Source: the human T2T-CHM13v2.0 reference genome, Homo sapiens. Taken from it: a stretch of DNA of 64,000 bases. Positions within the stretch are counted from its first letter, which is position 1; each line of letters opens with the position of its first letter. A program made the position numbers and the translations under genes. Shown here piece after piece: positions 49,112-64,000 of this stretch. The stretch lies in assembly GCF_009914755.1 (NCBI RefSeq), contig NC_060929.1. One strand, given 5' to 3'. Below the pieces are notes generated by a model that ran no database searches, was not told the origin of the DNA, and saw nothing but the letters and a program-made list of their open reading frames with translations.

Positions 49112-49663
49112 TGTAACAAAAACTCAGGTTCAGTCACTCACAGCTTGCAGCGTCCAATTAACAAGAGCAAAGTCTGATGTAAGGAAAGTGACTTTTTATT
49201 CCAAAGCTAGCTTAGGGAGAAAGGTATCGGCTTCCTGCCTGAAGGGTACCACCGCTCCTCTTTTTGAAGCGGAAAGCAGGCACTTCTAAAAGGCAGGGGA
49301 GGACGCGAGCAGGTGAGGGATCAGAGGGCTAGCTTGCTGCCTTATCTACTGGGCAGTTGAGGTGGTGCCTTCATGGGCAGAAACAGGTTGTATAGGTGGC
49401 CAAAAACTCTAGCAGGCATACTTTGAGTTGGAAATTGACTGATATCGCTTGAGGAAATCTGGGCGGTGAGAGTTCCACTCTGGAGCTTCTAAGCACATAG
49501 TTAGATGAATTTGCCCTGCAGGGAGTGTCCAGTGAAGAGGAGGTTAAAAGGCTATAATTGCACTTCTAAAGAGCTAAGTAGAAAGTGCAGAAAAGGAGGA
49601 AAGAGAAAAGAAGAGAGAGAGAAAATAAACTATCTCTTAGAAAAATGGGGGTACTCAGTTACA
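49112..49663 (-). mobile_element. ERV1 solo LTR (LTR35-like)
   Basis: tgtaac...gttaca inverted termini, flanks cagt/tagt (4-bp TSD, 1 mismatch), minus-strand AATAAA at ~49195. Confidence 0.7.
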
Positions 49664-49666
49664 TAG

Positions 49667-50027
<361 letters not shown>

Positions 50028-50611
50028 TAACTATAATGACAGAATATACAGACTGCAGTCTGTGATACTTTGAAGGATTAGGGGACATTCACTCTTTTCC
50101 CTAAAGAGAATCAGAATTTATTCTAAGTGAATCCCACAGTATGACCCTTGTATCTCTTTTTTGTTAAAGAATGAAATCTGGATTTTATGTTCACTGATGT
50201 GACTAATATTTTTTCTTCATATAATAGCTCTAAGAGATTGAGGAGGTACAAACTATTCAGGAAATAGGAAAACTTGAAATCAACTAGCTGAGAAAAGTTA
50301 TTGTTGAATATTGGTATATCTAGACTAGCACTGTCCAATAGAACTTTCTGCAGTGACGGAAATGTTTCATATCTATGTCGTTCAATATAGTAGCCACTAG
50401 CTACACGTGGCTATTGAGCACTTGAAGTGTGGCTAGTGTAACTAAGGAACTGAATTTGTAATCTTATTTAATTTTAATTTATTCAAATTTAAGTAGCCAA
50501 TGAGGGTAGTGGCTACTTATAAGACAGCAAGATATAGAGAATTTCTTGACCATCATAAAATTTTAGAGCGATTCACACCATCCCTTTGTCATTTTTACCT
50601 TCTTCTTTCAG

Positions 50612-50826
50612 GATGCTGACCTCAGTGGGTTACTTTGCTCTGTCTCTGGATGCTCCTAATTTACATGGAGATGCCTACCTGAACTGTTTCCTCTCTGCCT
50701 TGATTGAAATTCCAGCTTACATTACAGCCTGGCTGCTATTGCGAACCCTGCCCAGGCGTTATATCATAGCTGCAGTACTGTTCTGGGGAGGAGGTGTGCT
50801 TCTCTTCATTCAACTGGTACCTGTGG
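50612..50826 (+). CDS. SLC22A4: SLC22A4 exon 7
   Basis: tctttcag|GATGCTG; [20 protein letters not shown]...IQLVPV; G|gtaaga; 215 nt. Confidence 0.98.
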
Positions 50827-51711
50827 GTAAGAAGTTAACCAAGATGAACAGCTTACCAGAAAAGACCCACATATTGACTAGGCTGCTTCTGAGTCACTGC
50901 TCCATGTTTATTCAGCCTTTACATCATAAGCCATTCATAAGTCAATTAGACAGGTGATTGCTCACTACGTATGTTGTTTCCTGTGTTCAAAACAACTACC
51001 CCAAACAGAAGAGACAGTCTCAGAGAAGCAGAAAGCACCAAAGAGGAAGAGTAACTCTCCCAGTCATCCCCTTCACAGAAAGACTCACCTAACATCTCCC
51101 TTTAACTCATAGTCATGATTCCTAATTTCTGGCTACTCTCAAACATTTTCCCTGGGTGTATATTCAAGTATTACAGTGAGTAGGACATGTCGGTTCCAGG
51201 ATACATTCAGTGGTTTTCTGGTCTGAATCTTTAAGTAGTTAAATAGCACACAAAAGGATATATGCTTCCCTTTTCCCCTTGTGTCTGACGTTCTCATAAT
51301 ATTAAAATGTCACTAAATTATTGATAGTAATAGAAATACATATTTCTTAATAATAAGAAAGAGGATAGAAAGGATTGGTCCTCCTCTTTGAAGATAAAAC
51401 TTAACTATATTAACATGCTAATAGCTTACCCATGAAACTGTTTTAACAAACAAAAGACAAGTGGACAAAGGTCACTGAATGCATTAATGACCTAGAATAA
51501 CAGTAGAACAAAGTACAAAGCCACCCCTCACATGAGCTCCATCTTTGTCCATGCCCAAATATTAGGACATTTGAAGAGAAAATGCTATTTTGGGAATATA
51601 TTTATGTTAATAAAAGTACTCCCACTGAAGCAAAAAGGACAATAAAAATAACTGATATAAGAAAGTATCACTTCTAAAAGCACCATTGTTTATACCGGGT
51701 CTCTTTTCCAG

Positions 51712-51894
51712 ATTATTACTTCTTATCCATTGGTCTGGTCATGCTGGGAAAATTTGGGATCACCTCTGCTTTCTCCATGCTGTATGTCTTCACTGCTGAG
51801 CTCTACCCAACCCTGGTCAGGAACATGGCGGTGGGGGTCACATCCACGGCCTCCAGAGTGGGCAGCATCATTGCCCCCTACTTTGTTTACCTCG
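51712..51894 (+). CDS. SLC22A4: SLC22A4 exon 8
   Basis: ttttccag|ATTATT; [16 protein letters not shown]...[10 protein letters not shown]...YFVYL (ELYPT motif); G|gtgagc; 183 nt. Confidence 0.98.
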
Positions 51895-51935
51895 GTGAGC
51901 TGCATCTTGTGCATTTGTTCTTCCTTTAAATTAGT

Positions 51936-52862
<927 letters not shown>

Positions 52863-53163
52863 CACATAATTTATTTAACCAGGCTCCAATGAATGGAGGA
52901 CATGTAGGTCATTTCCAGGTTTTTGCTATTACAAATAACATTACAACGAACATTCTCCTATGCTCCTACACCCTTTGTGAATTTACTTACGTATATTTGG
53001 ATTTACAGGTAGATTCATAGAAGTAAAATTCCTGGAGCAAAGAGAGCCATTAAAAAATTTCATAGATATTCCCAAATTGAACTCTACATATTGTGCCAAT
53101 TATAATCTAATTATTAATAGGTAAGAGTGGTTTTCAATAATCTCACCAACAATAAAGATTACC

Positions 53164-53470
53164 TTTTTTTTTTTTTTTTTTTTTTTCTGAGACAGGGTCT
53201 CACTCTGGAGTGTAGTGGTGCGATCCTAGATTCCCAGCTCACTGCAGCCTCAATCCCCCAGGCTCAAGAGATCCTCCCACCTCAGACTCCCAACTAGCTG
53301 GAACTACAGGCATGCACACCGTCAAGCCCAGCTAATTTTTTTTTTTTTCTGGTAGAGACGGGATTTTGCCAGTTTGCCCAGGCTGGTTTCGAACTCCTGG
53401 GCTCAAGTGATCCACCCGCCTCAACCTCCCAAAGTGCTGGGATTACAGGTTTGAGCCACAGCACCTGGCC
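53164..53470 (-). mobile_element. AluJ
   Basis: Poly-T plus diverged reverse Alu. Confidence 0.9.
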
Positions 53471-53608
53471 TACCTAATTTTTTAATCATTGGTTATCTGT
53501 TATGTGAAAAATGGATATCATTGTTACTTTCATTCCTATTTATTAATTATGAATGAGGTTGAGCATGTTTTTGTGTATTTTTTGGCCATTTTATTTATTT
53601 TTCAGTGA

Positions 53609-53954
<346 letters not shown>

Positions 53955-53964
53955 TAATGGTGTA

Positions 53965-55048
53965 TATCGGGCAAAATTCAGCCCTGATAATTCACATAGG
54001 TTCTTTTCTATTTTCCCTAAGTGCCAGCTGGTCTGAGAAATAAAGGGACAGAGTACAAAAGAGAGAAATTTTAAAGCTAGGTGTCCGGGGGAGACATCAC
54101 ATATTGGCAGGTTCCATGATGCCCCCTGAGCCATAAAACCAGCAAGTTTTTATTAGTGATTTCAAAAGGGGAGGGAGTGTACGAATAGGGTGTAGGTCAC
54201 AGAGATCACGTGCTTCACAAGGTAATAGAATATCACAAGGCAAATGGAGGCAGGGTGAGATCACAGGACCACAGGACCGGGGCAAAATTAAAATTGCTAA
54301 TGAAGTTTTGGGCACGCATTGTCATTGATAACATCTTATCAGGAAACAGGGTTTGAGAGCAGACAACCGGTCTGACCAAAATTTATTAGGTGGGAATTTC
54401 CTCATCCTAACAAGCCTGGGAGTGCTACGGGAGACTGGGGCTTATTTCATCCCTACAGCTACAACCGTAAAAGACAGCTGCCCCCAAAGTGGCCATTTTA
54501 GAGGCCTACCCTCAGGGACGAATTGTCTTTCTCAGGGATGTTCCTTGCTGAGAAAAAGAATTCAGCGATATTTCTCCCATTTACTTTTGAAAGAAGAGAA
54601 ATATGGCTCTGTTCTGCCCGACTCACCAGCGGTCAGAGTTTAAGGTTATCTCTCTTGTTCCCTGAACATTGCTGTTATCCTGTTCTTTTTTCAAGGTGCC
54701 CAGATTTCGTATTGTTCAAACACACATGCTCTACAAACAATTTGTGCAGTTAACGCAATCATCACAGGGTCCTGAGGCGACATACATCCTCCTCAGCTTA
54801 TGAAGATGACGGGATTAAGAGATTAAAGACAGGCATAGGAAATCACAAGGGTGTTGATTGGGGAAGTGATAAGTGTCCATGAAATCTTCACAATTTATGT
54901 TCAGAGATTGCAGTAAAGACAGGCGTAAGAAATTATAAAAGTATTAATTTGGGGAACTAATAAATGTCCATGAAATCTTCACAATCCACATTCTTCTGCC
55001 ATGGCTTCAGCCAGTCCCTCCTTTCGGGGTCCCTAACTTCCTGCAACA
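53965..55048 (-). mobile_element. MER11 solo LTR (HERV-K/HML-8 group)
   Basis: Minus strand begins tgttgcaggaagttagggacccc and ends cccgata; perfect 6-bp TSD GGTGTA (53959-53964, 55049-55054); internal repeat tgtccatgaaatcttcacaat x2. Confidence 0.9.
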
Positions 55049-55366
55049 GGTGTATTCATCTTTTTCTTTTTGACTTGTGCAAACTCTTTGCAATGGAAGA
55101 AATTAGCCCCTTGTATATATGTTGTAAATATTTTTCCTAGTTTACCATTTGTATTTTCACTTTATGATATCTTTGTAATGAAGACAATTTTAGTTTTTAT
55201 ATACTCAAAGGTGTCAATCTGAAATGAAACTACAGAGGTGTTTCAGCGGCATGTTCAATCTGATGTAGGATCTGACACCCCATGCCTGGTCCTCATTAAG
55301 GACTCTACTGGTGAGAAATGCAGACACACCTCATCAATTGGGCAATTGGTTACCTACTGGTACACA

Positions 55367-55397
<31 letters not shown>

Positions 55398-56458
55398 CTG
55401 AAAACATGTATGAATTCTCAGGAAAGGTATAATCCAAACCCTTACAGAGAAAGAGAAACATTTTCCTAACAAACATATTCTGCACAGTTGCCCTGTGCCA
55501 CACCTGAGATAGCAGATTATACAGAGTGGTGTTATTTTTCCCTTTGTCCTTCCCTGTACTTTCAAACTATTTCAAACTATGCTCAGATGGTCCAGTGGTC
55601 AGACACTGGTACATAAGACAGGGAGTCCAAGAGTCTCCTACTCCACACAGCTACTCCTGTTAGTGACACAGAGGCCTCAGAGAAGCTGCAATAACAATAT
55701 TTTCCTTATGTTTTGGGTCAAATGAAATCCATGGGTGTGCTGTTCCTCTGTAAGCTCTGTATGTATACAGGGGCAAAGCAAGATGAGGATCTGTTTTTCT
55801 CCTGTGTGAGTAAAGCTTCACAAAGAGATTACATATTAACCCAAGACATGTAAGTGCTCCAAAAAGAAGCCAAATCCAGGCACACAGTGCCTTTACAGAA
55901 TGTGCCTGATACTTATAATTTACTGATTTAATCTGAAGTGAACATAATACTTAGTTGTTTTTTTTTTTTTTTTTTTTTTTTTTGAGTCTCATAGCCCTGT
56001 GGACCTAACTTTCCACTGCAGCCTACTAGTTTGGGCAAAAGCAGAGTCATGCCAGACCTATCATAGCCAAAACCTATCCCTGAAACATCCTGGTTAACCT
56101 CCTTCTCCTTGATGTCCTCCCATCCCCCATTTCCAATTACCTCCACCTTAAGAGGAGAACTCTGGTAGGCAAAGAACTCTACCAAAGGAACATCTGTCAC
56201 ACATGACTGAGTAGTAGCTTAGAGGATACCAGTTGACAGGAAAGAATGAAAAGCCTTATGATAATGCAAAAGGATTATAGACATGCACAATGTCATCTGC
56301 CAAAAAGAAACTGATATTTTGCTTACTTTTTTTTCTCTGAAAATGTTCAGATTTAAATCCATTCTCTTATACTGTTCACCAACTTCACAAAATGATGCTC
56401 AAGAGTGCCCAGAGAGTCCTCCTATCTGATTGATGTTCTTATGTCCCGGGCTTTACAG

Positions 56459-56594
56459 GTGCTTACAACAGAATGCTGCCCTACATCGTCATGGGTAGTC
56501 TGACTGTCCTGATTGGAATCCTCACCCTTTTTTTCCCTGAAAGTTTGGGAATGACTCTTCCAGAAACCTTAGAGCAGATGCAGAAAGTGAAATG
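56459..56594 (+). CDS. SLC22A4: SLC22A4 exon 9
   Basis: ctttacag|GTGCTT; [45 protein letters not shown](W); TG|gtaagt; 136 nt. Confidence 0.98.
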
Positions 56595-56708
56595 GTAAGT
56601 AGGACTTTTAACAAAATGATACCAAAATGCCTTAGGGAGAATAAGCATGGAAGAATAGCTAGGAAGGTTCTGAAATAGAAGAGTAATAAGTAGAGACTAG
56701 CTCTATCA

Positions 56709-57467
<759 letters not shown>

Positions 57468-57559
57468 TCAAGGGGGAATAGTTATTCAGTAAAAGGTATT
57501 AGAACATTCAGCTAGACATTTTGAATAAATTAAAAAGTTGTCTCTTTAAAAAATGCATT

Positions 57560-57875
<316 letters not shown>

Positions 57876-58336
57876 TTAAAAAATTTAGGCCTAAAAATGT
57901 AAAATCATAAATATACCAGGAGGAAACAAACATTTTTATAACCTTAGAGAAGATCTTACTGAGCATAACATAAAATCAAAGAACCATAAAGGAACAGATT
58001 GATATATCTGATTGTACATTTTTTAAATTATTGGCAAGGCAAAAAGAAACCACCCACAAAGACAAAAGTCAATAAGCCAGGAGAAAATATTTGCTACACA
58101 AAACCTAAACATAAGGCTAATATACTTAATATACAAAAAGCTCATAGTAACCAGTGAGAAAAAGACAAACAATTCAGTAGGAAAACCAGCAAAGGACAAG
58201 AACAGACAGTTTACAGAAGAAGTCACTTCAGTGTCCAATATATACATGAAAAAAGTTATTTGTCCACATTAATAAGGAAATGCAAAAATAAAACAATTCA
58301 ACATCTTTTTTTGGCTTATGAGATTGCGCAAGGGTT

Positions 58337-59056
58337 TTTCTTCTTGACGCAAACCAATTCTGACACCTATTGAGTGTCCTATAATGCAGTTCAATTTTGA
58401 CAATACCTAAATTTAGCATCAGACTCCACAGGTGTAAAGACTCAGTCCCACAATACTGCCTTGCTTCACTTGCCACTCACAAATGTCAGGTCCCCAGGTT
58501 ACCCACATTTCTCTCTGACTTTGCTACCAAGTCTGGGGTTCCAACAAATCCCCTCCTTGGGTTTGATTATTTGCTAGAATGACTCACAGCACTCAGAACA
58601 CTGGCCACTAGCGGTTTCTTACAAAGGATACAAATGAACAGCCAGATGAAGAGGTACATACAGAGAGGTCTGGAAGGGTCCTGAGTGCAGAGGTTCTGTC
58701 CCTACGGAGTTAAGGTGCACTGCCCTCCTGGCATGTGGATGTGGTCACCAACTCGGAAGTTCTCCAAACCCCATCATTTAGAGGTTTTCATGGAGGTTTA
58801 GTCATGTTGGCATGATGGATTATTAAGTCTATCCCCAGCCTCTCTCCTCTCCCCAGAGGTTCCAGGCTTCTAATCCAGGCTTAGTCTTCTGGTGACCAGC
58901 CCCCACCCTGAAGCTATCTAAGGGCCCAGCCAAGGGTTGCCTCATTAGAACAAAAGAAGCTTTTATCACTCCCTATCACTCCAGAAATTATAAGAGATTT
59001 AGGATCTCTATGTTAGGAGCCAGGGACAAAGACCAGTATCTTTTTATGACACCACA
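58337..59056 (-). mobile_element. MER21-family LTR
   Basis: aaaggatacaaatgaacagccagatgaagaggtaca...agggacaaagacca; recalled consensus. Confidence 0.75.
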
Positions 59057-59653
59057 GCAAACATTTAAAAGATTAGTGGTATTTAGGAGAAGTTTAGAGT
59101 TTCGAGTAACACTGCCTGGCTTTAAATCCCAAATCTACTGCAAAAATTTGGGCATATCACTTAATATTCACTAAGCTTCAGTATTCCCATCTGCTATATG
59201 GGATATTTCATACGGCTATTTTGAGGTTATAAAAGATAAAGTGTTCCCAGTGCCTGGCCTTGATAAAGGTAACTCTGCATATGAATTAATTCTGATCCCT
59301 GACAGAACATTTATAGCAAAAAGTGCCCATTGTTGATAAGTTGTTTTCTTCTAATGATAGAACTACTTCAGTATCAACTTTAATTGCCAAGAATTTCATG
59401 CCTCCCTCTCTATCCTTTGCTTGGGAAAACTGTGAAAGAGTTTAAATTCTGGCTTCTATGCTTAATTAAGAAAGTAGCCTCAGATGTTTAAAAGCATAAA
59501 ATATTAGATCTACACCATGAGGTTCTCATTAGAGTTCAAATAGTTACTTGTTCATTGATTGGAGAAATATTTTTCAATGTCAATTTGGATGGAGCATTTT
59601 GAGGAGGAAAGTCTTGAATATTTAATTTTCCTTAGCATCTATTTTATTTTCAG

Positions 59654-59729
59654 GTTCAGATCTGGGAAAAAAACAAGAGACTCAATGGAGACAGAAGAAA
59701 ATCCCAAGGTTCTAATAACTGCATTCTGA
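59654..59729 (+). CDS. SLC22A4: SLC22A4 exon 10 coding part
   Basis: ttttcag|GTTCAGA; [27 protein letters not shown]; C-terminal class I PDZ ligand (TAF); total CDS 1656 nt. Confidence 0.98.
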
Positions 59730-60053
59730 AAAAATATCTACCCCATTTGGTGAAGTGAAAAACAGAAAAATAAGACCCTGTGGAGAAATTCGTTGTTCCC
59801 ACTGAAATGGACTGACTGTAACGATTGACACCAAAATGAACCTTGCTATCAAGAAATGCTCGTCATACAGTAAACTCTGGATGATTCTTCCAGATAATGT
59901 CCTTGCTTTACAAACCAACCATTTCTAGAGAGTCTCCTTACTCATTAATTCAATGAAATGGATTGGTAAGATGTCTTGAAAACATGTTAGTCAAGGACTG
60001 GTAAAATACATATAAAGATTAACACTCATTTCCAATCATACAAATACTATCCA

Positions 60054-60059
60054 AATAAA
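60054..60059 (+). terminator. SLC22A4: Polyadenylation signal of SLC22A4
   Basis: AATAAA ~325 nt after the stop, with GT-rich downstream element at ~60101-60130. Confidence 0.75.
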
Positions 60060-60244
60060 AATAACATCATTGTATTAACGCAAATATTAGGTGACAACAA
60101 TGTGTGTGTATGTGTGTGTGTTTGTACATGTGGAAGTGAACCAGCACAGTCAAAATTATAGTAGTTTCTGAAGTGAACCAAATGATTATATGCAGTATTC
60201 CTATCCAGAAAACCTTCCACACTCCTTTGAGAGGGAGTGATCAC

Positions 60245-61056
60245 TGTTAGAGGAAAAAACAAACCACTTTTTACCCTGTACTGTCACACTCAACCCACAA
60301 TACTTCTGTGACCAGATGTGGTGGGGGGCTTCTCATACACCAAGTAATTCTCCAGCAGATACCAATGGGGTGTTCTCTAATAGAATTAAGCTCTGACCCT
60401 ATCTGCGGGGAGATAGTGTCAGATCCCACAGGTTGTGTGCTCTGTCCCTCTTCAGATGCCATTCGAACATCCAAGCCACACGCACCTCTGACCTACCAAC
60501 TACAAACCAGGGTTTCCACAGACCCCTTCTTAGGTTCAATTAATTTTCTAGAAAGGCTCACCAAATTCAGCTAAACCTTTACATTTGCCAATTTATTATA
60601 AAGGATACAGATGAACAGCCAGATGAAGCAGCATGAAGGGCTAGGTCTGGAAAGATTCCAAGTGCAAGAGCTTCTGTCCCAGTGAAACTGGGGTGCAGTG
60701 CCCTCCCAGCTTGTGGACGCATTTACTGGAAGCTCCTCAAATCTTGTTGTTCAAGAGTTTTTAGGCAGCTTGATCTCCAGCACCTTCCCCACCCAGAGAT
60801 CAGTGGGTAGAGCTAAAAGTTCCAACCCTCTAATCCTCAAATGACCTGGTCTTTCCGGGAACTAGCCCCATCCTAAGAATATCTAGGGCCCCACATTAAG
60901 TAACCTCATTAGCATAAACTCAGGAGTTATCGAATCAAAGGGGCTCATTATCACTAATGAGATATTCCTACCACTCAGGAAGTTCTAAAGGTTTGGGGAA
61001 CTCTATGACAAGAACTGAGACAAAGACCAGGTATCCATATTTCATATTAAACCACA
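60245..61056 (-). mobile_element. MER21-family LTR (second copy)
   Basis: tg...ca ends; shares aaggatacagatgaacagccagatgaag and gacaaagacca with the 58337-59056 copy. Confidence 0.75.
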
Positions 61057-61450
61057 ATGGTAGATATTAATTGTATTTTAGCCTGGCTCATCTGGCCAAT
61101 CTGCCTGCAAGAAGGCAGCAAGGCAGCTCCTAGCTACAGTTTCAGCAGCTACACCTCACAGCCCTTACACCATTAAATGCTCCCCATTTGTTGTGCTTTT
61201 GTTGAGCACGTGACTAAACCTCCTGTTTCCTAAAAATGGCTTAAGATATATTTTGCCGGTAGATACAAAATCAGAAAAACTGCACAAACCAGTTAGATTG
61301 GTAGAGGTGGTTTATGTGCCCCATAGCCAAGAGAGGTGTGCACCAAGGAGGATATCATCAAATCTGACAATCTGGAAAGCCTTTGAAACTGTTCTTTTCC
61401 TAAGCACAGTATTCAGCTGTGTCCTCTTGAACCCATATCTATCAGGTCAA

Positions 61451-64000
<2,550 letters not shown>

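Noticed and set aside
54860-54990. Internal ~90-bp tandem duplication
   Set aside because: Lies within the MER11 LTR, whose consensus I recall containing such repeats.

Overview
Primate (almost certainly human, 5q31.1) genomic DNA containing the complete 10-exon SLC22A4 gene (OCTN1/ETT, ergothioneine transporter) on the + strand. The CDS is 10515-10907, 28053-28156, 29506-29660, 38076-38247, 43169-43295, 47650-47744, 50612-50826, 51712-51894, 56459-56594 and 59654-59729. These sum to 1656 nt (551 aa + stop), all introns are GT-AG, and a poly(A) signal sits at 60054. Upstream are two back-to-back decayed ERVL proviruses and a CpG-island promoter. Introns and the 3' flank are filled with Alu, L1, LTR and DNA-transposon remnants, including a human-specific AluYb8. 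Almost all short ORFs in the supplied track are repeat-derived or GC artefacts. I found no convincing new multi-gene system. The most unusual unexplained structures are a ~100-bp inverted duplication (29-bp perfect core) in the promoter CpG island, a ~190-bp inverted duplication coupled to a direct duplication just after exon 8, an exon-5 acceptor with no polypyrimidine tract, and a degenerate GGAACG array with HSE/STAT-like motifs in the 5' leader. Repeat-family names and SNP identities come from recalled consensus sequences and literature, not from a search; repeat boundaries are approximate.
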